From NCBI RefSeq assembly GCF_009914755.1, contig NC_060931.1: a stretch of 64,000 bases of DNA, one strand, 5' to 3'. The DNA comes from the human T2T-CHM13v2.0 reference genome, Homo sapiens. The notes under the pieces are model-generated. The model was not told where the DNA came from. It was given only the letters and a program-made list of their open reading frames with translations, and ran no database searches. The position numbers and the translations under genes are program-made. Shown here piece after piece: positions 23,721-36,106 of the stretch (its first letter is position 1; each line of letters begins with the position of its first letter).

Positions 23721-24191
23721 AATTCTTTAACAGAAATGTGCTATAAATTCCAGCAAGTTGCTTGCTACTTTACTCTGGACTGTTAAACACCTGTAAACCT
23801 CTTCCAGATGAAGCCTGTTTTCAAAAACAAATTCAATCAGTGAAACACGCCAAGGACTATGTATAATATACTAAATTTTTTTTGACAAGTATATTTTGTA
23901 GCTAGAAAGTGGGTAAGGGAATGAATTGTAAACTCCAATATGCAACCTCCTTTAGATTTGAGATTTATAATCTTTGTCATTTATGATTTGTGTCCTGACC
24001 TGGCCATAACCCAGGAAGTAAAAAAGATGATGCTTAATTTAGCAAATGCCTTACAGGAATGTGAGAAAACAATTTTCTGGAAACAAATACCTTATTCAAA
24101 GTGCACTCTTTCCTCCCATCTGGAAGCCTTTCCTGGCCCTCTCTTCTGTGTGTTTTTGCCCTTCTTCTTTACTGGGTTTTCCTGTCTGGGT

Positions 24192-24233
24192 TTTCACATG
24201 CTTCTGTCTCATTTCACATGCTTCTGTCTCATT
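24192..24233 (+). repeat. Perfect 20-bp tandem duplication
   Basis: (tttcacatgcttctgtctca)x2. Confidence 0.95.
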
Positions 24234-27200
24234 AAATGCCGGTAACTTTGGGGCTCACATCACACCTTGCTCATTTCTGTCTCTGTTCTATTTCATGTGA
24301 TGTCTTGTTCATAGGTGCTCAACAAATGCTTTTCTCAGTGAATGAAGGTAAGAATAAATTAATCTTAGCCAGATATTTTAAAATTTTGCTCTACTTATAA
24401 AAAAAAGGTTGTACTGACATTAAAATTATTTAGGCCATCAACAAAGTTAACTTTATGTATTGTCACTGAATGACTACACTGGTGGCAACAAGCTAAATAG
24501 CTATTTGGTTGTCTTCTATCTTCACTAGTATAACTCTTTCTAATCATCTCTGTGAGTTCAAATGAAGGAATCTGAATTAAGCTGCTGATGGTGGAGAAAC
24601 TGTCTGATCAGCTCAGCACAGATCATTAGGGATGATCATAAGGGATGCTGGCCTCTGTCTGAAGACCAGTGCAATAACCAGTGTGACCAAAATCCCTGTG
24701 TCTCTGGCTCATCACACTCAGCTAAGGAATAATTCCCTTCACTGGGTCTTCCACAGGCCTGTGCTGCCCAATTCTTCCTTCTTTATAGGGTTCCCTAGAC
24801 TGAGATGTCTGCAGCCTACTATCATCAATCACTCAGAAGGAAAAGTCACCATTTTTTGCTTCTCTAGTCTGGATTGAAGCAATCTAAAAACTTGGGTTTG
24901 GACCAAAATGAGACCAGCAAGACACTCTTTTGCTACGTTCTTCTCCAAAGATTCTAGGGAAGAACTGGACTAGCCAGATATGGAACGTAAAGTAGAAGTC
25001 AGAGCTAAGATGCAAAAATCACAAACCACAAAGGGTGGGGCACCATTATTGGTGCAGCTGCAGATGCTGAAGGTACCTACAGCCACTCTGATCATTATTA
25101 ATAAGGTTCTTTCCAGGGTGTGGTGAATTTTGTCAGGTCTGTGCACATCTCCTCTATGTGCCAAGATTATGAGTAATACTAAAGGAGAGGAACTTAGATT
25201 TACTGACTTGGGATGGAAATGGGATCTACTGACAATTGAGATAAAGGTCAGAGGTGATTGCCAAATTATAATGGCAATGGCATTTAATAGTTCAACAAGT
25301 CATGAAAGGCTTCTGTGCACAAACATCTGGCATTCAAGTATATTCCTGAAAGACAATCAGAATAAAATTGGCTCTCTCTTTTGTTCCAAAGTTTCTTTTC
25401 TCAGATTTTAAGGAATAGGCAGAAGTCTGCCTTGTGCAGGCTCAAGATCTTCCTTTTATCCCTTTCTTGGCTCATCCTTTAATCACAAACCTGTAGGTGT
25501 AAATCAATACCTACTTGGGCCGTGTGTGCTCTCATCTCTCCATTTCGTATCCTACAGTTTTTACTTACATATCTTCTAAAATTCTATTCATACATATTAT
25601 TAGAGAGGACAGTATTATGTCTGTAGCTTCAACTATCCTTCCCCCCCACCATTTTTAGAGTTATACCTGAGTGTTGTTTTAATACTGAGATAATTTTTAG
25701 ACATGTGCTTCCAGATGGGTGTTTAATGAGAAGAACTGAATGATCCCATTTATTTTTTGCTGGCCAAATTGTTTGTGCCCACTTTCATGAGTCACTAATT
25801 TTTGAGGGGCTAACTGCTAATAGGTAGGGGAGGAGTAGTTCTAAAGAAGTGTTGTCTTAGGGCAAGGGTCACGTCAATCAGCCCAGCCTCACTTTAGGGC
25901 CTCACAAAATCTAACTTCAGGAACACAAAGAGATAAAAGCACAAAGCCTGAATTAAGAAGTTCTCTAACAAACTAAAGAATTACACTTTTTGTTAACAAA
26001 CTATTAACAAAATTGCTTCTGATTACAGAGGCTAAAAGGTATTTACTTTTGCTAGAAGATATTATCAATGGAAATGTTTTAACATTTTCTTGTGACTAAT
26101 GCACTTCCAAAAGAACTAATGGTCTTAGAATATATTTTCCCCTTTTTAGAGGAAACTGCTTATAATCCTATTTAGCAGGTGCCAGTTTTAGAAATAAAGT
26201 TTTCCTTCCCCAAGCCATCAAGACACATGATATCTAAAGTTCTTTCTAATGCCTATGACTCTCAGAGGAAAACTCCAGACTACTCAGACTGATGGTGAAA
26301 AATAATGCATCATCACAAACCCCCAATTTGTAATAACAATAAGTTGACTGAGCAGGGAGAAAGTGATAGCATCCAGCAATCATAAAACTCACTTTGGGAT
26401 TTTATTATGCATTGTGCCATTTGGGGAATGTTAGAATTCTTTATTCACAGGGGTGTCAACATAAAGCTTGTTCTACTTCTCTAAATCCTAGCCAAGGCAA
26501 GATCATGAAAGGTTTTAAGAACTATCTGTAGGAAGTACCACTGTCTCCTCTCTTTGATGGTGGAGGGCAAAAATTTTACTTGACACATTCCACCCCGACT
26601 CCCACCTCTGAGGTCACCCAGATATGCTTTATGACTCATTAAGTTTTTTGAGCCTTCTTGTGAATCCATACCTCCAAGCCACTTTCTGACATCTTAATTG
26701 TCTCATTATCACCATTATTCTCTACTATTATGTGTTTCTTGGATCTTGAGGTGCCCCTAATCCTTTACTCTGACTCACTTTGCCTCAGTCGTGCCCAGTC
26801 ATTCCTGGAACCTGAACAAAGAGGACACTTACAAGGATTTGTTAAAATGGTTGAGCCTTGTTCACTGACTTATGTACAAATGTGCCATAAATGAACATAC
26901 ATGCCACATCTTATTTCTCCATTTTTTTTTAAATGTAGGAGGGAAATGCTGGAAAAAGAGGGGAAAACTGCAAAATTCAAAAACCTATTCCAGTTAAACC
27001 TAAGTACTGCAACACTGATCTCTTCAGACCAAAACAATCATCCTTTTTGCTTCAAAAAGAGAGCAGATAATTTTAATACAAAAAATAAAGACAAATTTTT
27101 ATGTAACAGCAAACAAGAACTTGGTCATGTTATAAGGAAAATACGCATATTTAGCATGATTTATTAGAAAAAATGTACTGTACACTTGCCCACAGTCTGT

Positions 27201-28080
27201 TATGTTCTGTTATGATATTTTCAGCATTCTATTTTTGCTATCTTAAAACAACATTTAGGACTGCTGGATGCCAGATGGAATTTTTCCTTTCCACCCACTT
27301 CCCACTGCAAAAGGAAAAAAAGGTTCTTTGCATCCTACATGGACATCTTTTATAAATTTCTTTTCCTCATCTTTAGCAACCAAAGTATATGAATGACTCA
27401 GAAATCACCAAACTTTGGCTGAATCAATATGAGGCAAATATACAGCACAGTAAGTTTTATTTAAAGCGAACATATCTGCCTGCATGGTGTTTATTAACAA
27501 AAGATATTCACATTATATGCATGCACAAAATTCATTTCTACAAAAACAGGACTGACTCCAAGCCAACTTGTTAAAGAAAAATGGTGATATAGCAGTATAT
27601 TTTAGGGAAAAGGTAATAAATTAGAAGTGAACTATCACTGGACATTCTGTCTTCCTGGAACTGAAGTCCCCTGACTTGAGCTGCCCACAGCAAATCCTTT
27701 TGCATGTATGCTGGTTACTACTTAATGTGAAATCGACAGAGAGGACTGTGAGGGAAGTGGGACCAGGAAGCTTTGAAGGAGTGAGTGTGACCCATTCTCC
27801 TCCTTCAAATCTGTTCCCACATTGCAACGGAGGAATGTTAAAAATTTAAATCTAATCATTTTTCCTTCTTGCTTAAATTCTACACAAAAGCTTCCTATTG
27901 CTCTTAGCACACAATGTTTGGATAAACCCACAGGTCCTGCATCCTCCAGCTCCTGCGCCTTCTTCACCTGGCCCTACCTCTCCCATCCACAGTCCACACT
28001 TAGGCTCCAGCTGGTTGGTTCTGTTTCTAAAGCTGCTCTCTTCTCCACATCAGGCCCCTTGTGTTATCACATGTGTTCTT

Positions 28081-28387
28081 TTTTTTTTTTTTTTTTTTTT
28101 AGACCGAGTCTCGCACTGTTGCCCAGGCTGGAATGCAGTGGCACAATCTCGGCTCACCACAAGCACCGCCTCCCGGATTCACGCCATTCTCCATTCTCCT
28201 GCCTCAGCCTCCCGAGTAGCTGGGACTATAGGCACCCGCCAGCATGCCTGGCTAATTTTTTGTATTTTTAGTACAGACAGAGTTTCACCGTGTTAGCCAG
28301 GATGGTCTTAATCTCTTGACCTCGTAATCCACCCGCCTTGGCCTCCCAAAGTGCTGGGATTACAGGCGTGAGCCACCACACCCGGCC
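28081..28387 (-). mobile_element. AluY, inserted in L2-like sequence
   Basis: Y-diagnostic ttcacgccattctcc and ccgtgttagccaggatggtc; TSD TCACATGTGTTCTT; internal 7-bp duplication ccattct. Confidence 0.93.
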
Positions 28388-31117
28388 TCACATGTGTTCT
28401 TTCCTCTGCCTGGAACACCCATCCCTCCTCACTTTTCATAGCTCTCCTGACCCTTCAGATTCTGTCTCTCTCTCTCTCTCAGGGAAATGTGCATGACTCC
28501 CTAGACTAGCCAAGGTCCCTGTTAAATGCTTCCACAGCACTTGGATGCTGACCACACAGGTAAACTGAATTCAGTCTCTGAGTTTCTCGCAGAACATCAG
28601 TTCATGAGGTCAGAGATGTATCAGGGCAGTCCTTCAGGAACCAAGCCACACTGTAAATTGTTGCCTATGTCTCTTTACTTCTTGATATCTCTTCTTTTTA
28701 TTTTTCCAAACCTTGGAAGTACACAGTTATCATGAACAACTCTCCATCTGTCTGTGCATCCTTTCCCTAAACTTTTTGTCTTAAAACATTCATTATAAAC
28801 CCAAATAACACCAGCCTGACAAAAGTTTCTAGTGTTGCCTGATCAGACACCAGACTACATGGTAGTAACACTGTTACATTAATGCAGATCAGGCCTTGAT
28901 GGGGGTAGAGAAGAAAAGAATATAAGGTCACCTGGGGTCTGGAGTGAGATATACCACTGGGGGAGGAGGGTGATGGCAAAACAACAGTGGCAAATAACCT
29001 GCTTTTCAATACTTCACTTTAATGATTTTTCAACCATATTGCAGATGATATGGCTATTTTAATTTTACAAGAATAAGAACCTAATAAAGCTAGGAGCAGC
29101 ATTTGTACAGCAGAGAATAAAAGGACCCTTTGATAACATGAGTTTGATAAATCAAACAAACTGAGCCAGTATCAATGTTCTTGATTGAGCCTTTTAAAAT
29201 AAACTTGAGCACCGTCAAAAAATAGCATAATGACAAATTCCTCTCTCTTCAAAACCGCTCAAACTAATTTTTTAAAAATGTTAGGACTTGCAGTGGGCTT
29301 CTTGTGAAAACCTAAAAATACAGCTAATGAGCAGATGGTTCCACCAGACAGCAGGAGCACACCACTGACTTTCACTGGCAGTTAACTGCTATTTTTCTGG
29401 AGGAAAAGCTAGAATTTAAAGAGCACACACAGTGAACCAAACTTGTAAACCTTGTTCCTAAATAAATGAGAAGAGCATGGTTTGCTGCAGTTGTGAAATG
29501 TGTTTGCCAGATTTTACTTCCCTCTAAATGTCTTATTTAGAGACTTCATTAAATGCTGTCTTGAATGGTTAACTGTTTTCCATGTATAAATTCTTTCCCC
29601 AGCTAGACTGTAAACTTCTTGGAGGCAAGAACTAGCTACTTCTACTTTTTTGTTACTCTGTGGCCATATTATTCCCTATTAAAAATGGACTATAATAACT
29701 CACTCCAGGAAGCCTAATTCCAATGGAAAGATACTTTAATACCAATCCAACACAAAGTCAGGATTTTGTTATTAAGAAAAATAACCTGGTTTCAATGAGG
29801 TGATTTCTCAGTTTATAATTGGGCAACTTAATGTATTATGAATTGCCTATTATACCCTAGTTGTGACTTTCAATTCTATTACAGTAATGTTAGAAAGTTC
29901 TACTTCTCTTTAGTAAGTAGTTTCTTGGTTAAACTAAATTACTGATAAACTTCAAATAATGCTGGGATTGCTTGAAACTACTCACCTAGATGTACAATTA
30001 TAAGTTTGAAAACAATGATCAAACCTCTTTTCCTTTTAGTATTTCATATAGAGTAAAAAGAGGATTTTCACCTTATATTTAACTGCTTAAAAAGAGACAA
30101 AATGAAATTTGGGAAAAGGTAGAGACCAACTTTTAATATGTAAATAAGTGTGACAGTAGCCAGAATACTCCAAACCACTTCTCCCCTCGTAATCCTTAAA
30201 CAAGGAACCTTTGACGTAGGCAGAATTCCAGGATGAGGCTGCAGGAAACAGGGAAAAGGAAATTCCGGTTGAGGCTGAGTGATAGAGACCCTACCCTGGC
30301 AGCAGACTGTGCCAAGATGCAGTTTCAGAGTGTGCAAAATCCCCTTCCCACCCATCCATATTTCATGAGTGAATTAGAAAAGGGGAAGGAAGTAGGGTGG
30401 GTCCCCAGACTTAACAAAGGAACAGAAGAAAATGGGGTGGGGCAAGGGAGGGATACAGACAGGATCCCTAGGGAAAGTATTGCTGAACCAAGTTTTCACA
30501 TACATTTTACAGATACTGCTCATTTCTACAGTTGGAAGTCAGGAAGTCAGGTTAGGAGCTATTGTTGGTATTTCTAATCTACAATTTAATACACTACAAA
30601 GCATAAACTACATTTCGGGAAAATACAGGTTCAGTTTTCTGGTGAATAGTGCAGCTATATTCCTGGAAATAGGACCCACATCCATCTAGTCATATACTTT
30701 GATGTAACTATTTTACTGAAAATAAAATATGAAAAGTTTATAAGCTTTTCAAATCTAAGTTACGACTGGGCAAGCACCTTTTCTTTTTCTGCATTCCCGC
30801 CCCCCAACCCCCATCCCTCCCTACGTATTCTTTCTGTCTCTGTCCTCCAGAGCTGCCCTCTGAGTGCATGCCCTCTTTCGAAGGACTGCTGTGGTTCCGG
30901 TTACCTTGGCTTCTGGGCCACCTATCAGTCCTCACTCCAGTGATGAAGGCTGAAGGAAGACACCCTCCAGAGGCAATCAGACTTGAATTCACTCTGGCCC
31001 CAAGTCTGCTTAATCACTCTTCAGCTCCCTCACTATTCAGTCACTGTTCAGTCAGATTGAAATAATATAATTTATCTCATGAAGGCCCTGCCTCAACCAT
31101 CTTCCTTAGGAAAAGTT

Positions 31118-31194
31118 AGAACCCCACCTAACAATCTGTCAGTGAGATAAATACTAACATCTCAGCTACCTGAAGCAAACTGCAGGCAAACAAA
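31118..31194 (+). repeat. 77-bp dispersed direct repeat, copy 1
   Basis: Identical to 31962-32038. Confidence 0.97.
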
Positions 31195-31199
31195 TGCTG

Positions 31200-31730
31200 A
31201 GTCGTTCCTCATTATTTCTAGAATGAAGTAAAACTTCTCAGCCCTCAAAATCCTCCACAGTCTGGTCCCAATCTCATTTCTCATGAAATCTTCCTTCTCC
31301 TGCCTCCCCTCCCACACCCCCAACTCTTGGTATTCTGGAAACATGAAATCGTTTCAGAGTTCCAAAAAACATCTAATATTTTGGTATCTCTGTGCATTTT
31401 CTAATGCTATTCTTCCCACTAGGAATACTCTTCTTCAATGTGGATTCTTTAAATCCAACCCAAAACCTAATTTAAGGTCCAGGTCAAACTACTTCTGCCC
31501 TATGAAAGAATCCTGCTTTCTCAGGTGTAAATTCTTCTTCAAACTCCTATGTGTCTCTCTTGGGATTCTCTTCACTGCTTCCTTGTATCTCAGTTAGTTG
31601 TGTTGATATCTTTCCTCCACAACTAGACTATACTTCTTGAGGGCAGGAGCCACATAGTTGGGAGCCACCATAGTTAGCCTGGCTCCTCTATGACATCAGC
31701 TTAAACAAAAGTTAGCAAATGAATGGATGA
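31200..31730 (+). mobile_element. L2 fragment
   Basis: Pyrimidine-rich L2 body ending actagactatacttcttgagggcagg...aatgaatggatga. Confidence 0.6.
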
Positions 31731-31961
31731 CAGAGAGTATTCTAGAATAGAAGTATAGTAACACCAACTCAGATTACAGAGATCAGGAGAGCCACCCTAA
31801 AATCCCAGTTAATTCTGAGGAAGGCACACATATTGCAGCAAATGCCAAAGCTCTGGCCAAATATGTCGGTTTATTTGGGAGCTACCAGAGATTCTCTCTG
31901 TTTAAGGTATTTTCAAAGGGTTCTGGAAAGAAAAGTTTGTGTAGTCCCCATAGTGTTTGCC

Positions 31962-32038
31962 AGAACCCCACCTAACAATCTGTCAGTGAGATAAATACTA
32001 ACATCTCAGCTACCTGAAGCAAACTGCAGGCAAACAAA
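31962..32038 (+). repeat. 77-bp dispersed direct repeat, copy 2
   Basis: Identical to 31118-31194. Confidence 0.97.
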
Positions 32039-32149
32039 GCAAGGGAAATGGCTTACATAGCTTTTTGGCAAAGGTGGTAAGAAACACAACATTCTTATGT
32101 CTGCCACTATACCAAAGAATCCTTACAAATTGCTTAATATAAAATAGCA

Positions 32150-32660
32150 TGCACATCCCCCATTGCTAGTCACTGAATTCTGTCAATTTTACTGTGTAAA
32201 TGACTTTCCACATTTACTCCCTCCTCAGTTCTTATGGTCATTGCCCCAGTTCAGGCTGGCACCTCTCACTTGACTCACTATGGTAGCTTTCTAAAGGTTC
32301 TTTCCAACATTTCCCTCTTCTTCACTCAATTCTTCCTCTAAAGCAATGCCAGAGAGATCTTACAAAGGCCACATCTGATTATGCCACTTCCCTTCTTTGA
32401 TGGCTTTCCTTTGACCAAAAGGCAAGTTTAAGCTCCTTAGGGTAGCTGGTAGACTTTTTTAGCTTACCAGTCTTTCATAATGGAATTTTAGGCTGACTCC
32501 CAGCCCACCCCTCTCCATTCCCTAGGAATCACCAGGACTGCAGTCATGTATCTTCCCATGGGTCCCTCTGCCTGAAATGCTGTCCCCTGCCTTCTTCTAT
32601 GACCATTAGTCATTCTTCAGGGTCAAGCTCAAAGGTCCCCATCTGATAACACACGTCCCT
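32150..32660 (+). mobile_element. L2 fragment
   Basis: gccagagagatctt...atctgattatgccacttccc...ccctctgcctgaaatgc. Confidence 0.55.
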
Positions 32661-33370
32661 TGCTCTGTTGGCACAGTCACAGAATTAAGGCTAGGAAATA
32701 CAATGCCTACATCAGAGATAATTTCTTTAAAGAACCAACAACTCAATGTTAACTCTACTATCATAATGTTTAGAAGACACAGCCCATTTCTTTCCCCTTC
32801 TGAAAGTCCTCCCATAATAATTTTCAACACATAGGAATGAGTGCTTGCTCATTGTGCCTACAGCTAGTTAATAGAAAATAGAAAAATGGAGTGCTTCCTG
32901 AGAAGCTTGCGATAATTATACATTTAACTTCTTAAATTTCAGAAACACCTTGGCAAAAGCATAGAGTGAAGCATTTCTCTAATGGCATGCATTTATAATC
33001 ACAGCATTTAGCAGTTAAGAAAATATTAGAAATGCCTACTGAGAAAGCTGTAATCCCCTTCAATTTGTAACAAGATGTACCAGCAACAAAGGCTTTATTC
33101 TATCAAATTTATGTCTTTGCCTGTGCAGTAGTGCTACAAATTAGCTCTCTCTTTGGCATCTATGTGGCATTCTAGAACTGGAAAGTAATGAAGGTTAGTC
33201 AAAAGAATGACTCAATAGGCAACTTGGATTCTAACTCAAATTTTATCACTGTCGACTTAACTAGCTTTGGCCCAGGAATGGTGGATGAAGTCGATGAAGC
33301 ATTTTAAAATCATAAAAGAAAGGAAATCTGTATGTAACTTCAGGGTTTGGTCATTATTGTTATAACAAGA

Positions 33371-33420
33371 AGAGGAAACTGCAGACCTAGGTTTACGTTA
33401 AGTAAACTGCAGTTTCCTCT
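33371..33420. repeat. Quasi-palindrome: 19-bp inverted repeat with a 7-nt bulge and 5-nt loop
   Basis: agaggaaactgca[gacctag]gtttac-gttaa-gtaaactgcagtttcctct. Confidence 0.9.
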
Positions 33421-34083
33421 GTCCATGCTGTGTGTCAGAACTGAGTTTCTATGAAGAGCAGATGACTGCTACTGTAAAGAAAGCGAGGACAGGAAAAACG
33501 AAAACACTGCACCACCTTCATGAACACTGTGAACTTAAGGGGTAAGCAAAGGTATAGGCACATCAAATGCCCAAGACATAAAAGATTGAAGTGAATTAGC
33601 AGGTGGTTTTTATTCCTAATAAATTACTGCAAAAACTGTAACCATCTAGTACCAAATAATTCATTTAGTGGAGGACTACATCAATATCAGCCTTGAGAGT
33701 TGAAAGATTCCACTGGTGTCATCCTGCAGAAGGGAGATGACAGAATGGCTTTGTTTATATTTATCACTAGAAAGAAAGATCCCTAATATTCCTTTCCTTA
33801 TTTTAAGCTTCACAGGAAAGTCTACATAGAAAAAGTCATAATTCCAATGTTTATTTACACACCATCTTTCCTCTCAGAAACAAAAACGTTTCAGAGCTGT
33901 TAATGCACCCATGATATGACAGCCACGCAAGAAGTAAAAAATGTTAGTGTTCTGTTTTACAAGTGAAATGAAGGTTTAAAGGTGACAGAGCAGATAACCA
34001 GAGCAAAGCTGCAAATCTTCAATCACTAAATTTCTGCCTCATGTTAAAAGCCTTTACAATTATCAGCCCCAATGTAGATTTCT

Positions 34084-34267
34084 TTTTTTTTTAATTATAC
34101 TTTAAGTTTTAGGGTACATGTGCACAATGTGCAGGTTTGTTACATATATATACATGTGCCATGTTGGTGTGCTGCACCCATTAACTCGTCATTTAACATT
34201 AGGTATATCTCCTAATGCTATCCCTACCCCCTCCTCTCACCCAGTGAGAACACAAGGACACAGGAAG
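34084..34267 (-). mobile_element. L1PA 3' end, ~184 bp, with a 5' inversion
   Basis: Antisense L1PA 3' UTR (ttatactttaagttttagggtacatgtgcac...) followed by a sense L1 segment at 34242-34267; TSD TGTAGATTTCT. Confidence 0.9.
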
Positions 34268-35980
34268 TGTAGATTTCTATAGTTACAGATTTGAAGAGTA
34301 TTATAATCTCATTGGCCGTGACTACTTATAATATTCTGGACTGAACTAAATATACAACAAAGACAACACAGAGATATCTTTTTAATAAGTGCAAAGTTGT
34401 TTTGTCATAAGCCTTAATCATAAGCCTAAAGCTTATGATCTCTAACTTTGGTGAAGTGGTACCCTACTGTTCTACTGTTTGATTTTTGAAAGATCTTACC
34501 ATACCTGAAGTTGTTACTGGTTTACTGGACCTAACTTGCAATCAGTTGTAAGATACAGCATTCATTTTAAGAACCATAAGGAAAGAAAAATGCTCACAAT
34601 TAAACTATGACATGTTTTCATATCATCAATTGTTAAGACTATTGTGGGGGAAATGTGCATCTTGAAATCAATAAAATATGGCATATGAAAACTGTTGCTC
34701 ATCTAATTAAAATGAATCAAAAGGAAAATTTTTGAAAAATTTAAGCCGCACACTAGGATACTCAAATATCCTAAGGACACAGCAGAGGTTAGGCGTCAGT
34801 CTATGATATAGTCAAACTTCAGGGTGCTTTTAACAACTTGAACAAGGTGCTAAAGTTTTCAATAGTTCCAAGCAAAGTGAAGGTTGCCTGAGACCTACAT
34901 CCACACTTAAAGTCAATAGTCGCCTCTGAAATAGTTCAATCACAACGCTTTGAAACTGCCTAATTATTCTCTTTCTTGAGACACCAACTGTTACAATTCG
35001 ATGTCTCACTGTTAGAGAAGTGCTATGTTATTAAACTAAGCAGCCAGCCAGACTTGAGCATCTTACCTCCTCTCCTTCTCAGTAAAACCCTGCCATTTGT
35101 ATTAATAGACTTGGAGGAGAAAAAGCATGAAGCAATGTTTTCCCCCTTGGAAAGGGTTGAAAACAAAATCTCAAGGAAAAATTAAAGTCAGAGAAACACA
35201 TGTATAAGCGCAGAGGAATTTTCCCCTTCATGAGCAATCCTGGATAGTGCAGCACTGAGAGTGAAGTCTCATAACCAACAACAACCAAGTCAACAGATAA
35301 CAATGTGTGGCACAAGAAAGTGGTCCCATTGTCTTCCCAGCATGACGGCAGCACTCTCAGTTCTAAGGCTCAATCTGAATAACTGCTTTCAGGAGGACCA
35401 AGCGGAACGTCCCTTTCCTCCAGCTTTAACTATATTCAAACAATATAACTCTTGTTGGAACACAAGCCTTCATAAGATACTGGGAAAACTCCCTTCTGAC
35501 CCTCCCACTTGGTGAGAGCATCTATAATCTCTTTTTGTGTTTTCATCTATTTCTAGTGACTTAGGACACATTCATTTGGCAACTAGATCCACCTCTGTAC
35601 TAAACATAAAAATATGTTGAAATGTTTTTTCAAAATTCATGTTCTACAAACTATATGATAAGGCAAAACTTCCAAAATCAAACTTGAAAGCCACCCAAGC
35701 AGGATCATAAATAGATAAGGATTCATATTTGCTTAAATGTATTCTCATATTTCTACATAATTTACTTTTGAGAAGAGTCTCTTATAAATCCTGTGTCATA
35801 AGCCACTTGCTTAGAGCTATGAGCAGCTGTCATTTTTACTAAGGAGGATGCTCTTGGGGGGAAAAAAACCCCCAAAACCTAAAGAATTTAAAATAAAATA
35901 GTCTTTCGTTCAAACATGCAATCAGGCAAAAACATTTTCCACCCCTTCAAACCTGCATCCCCAAGAGGCAAAAGGCTTAC

Positions 35981-36106
35981 GTGTTCAGACTTCTCCTGTT
36001 CTTTTTTGTCCGTCTGCAAAAACTGATAGTTTTCTTTTGCCAGCTTCTGGACTAGTTCAATTCGTCCGATTTCATCTCTTTCCTGGAGCTTGCACATCAC
36101 CCCTGC
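35981..36106 (-). CDS. RAPGEF5: RAPGEF5 long-isoform coding exon (126 nt, phase 0 to 0): AGVMCKLQERDEIGRIELVQKLAKENYQFLQTDKKEQEKSEH
   Basis: Acceptor ttttctccaactcttaag|GCAGGG and donor GAACAC|gtaagc. Lies within ORF 35888..36160. The peptide resembles the C-terminal half of the Epac (RAPGEF3/4) cAMP-binding domain. Confidence 0.92.

Noticed and set aside
27822-28296. ORFs of 130-150 aa here, and similar ones at 48380-48890, 6137-6409 and 56502-56726
   Set aside because: Alu-derived reading frames ([24 protein letters not shown]), not genes.
31118-32038. Direct repeats as LTRs or ends of an unknown ~920-bp element, or a CRISPR-like unit
   Set aside because: There are only two copies, with no TG..CA ends, TSD, PBS or PPT, and the interior is old L2 plus unique sequence. 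Kept only as a dispersed duplication.
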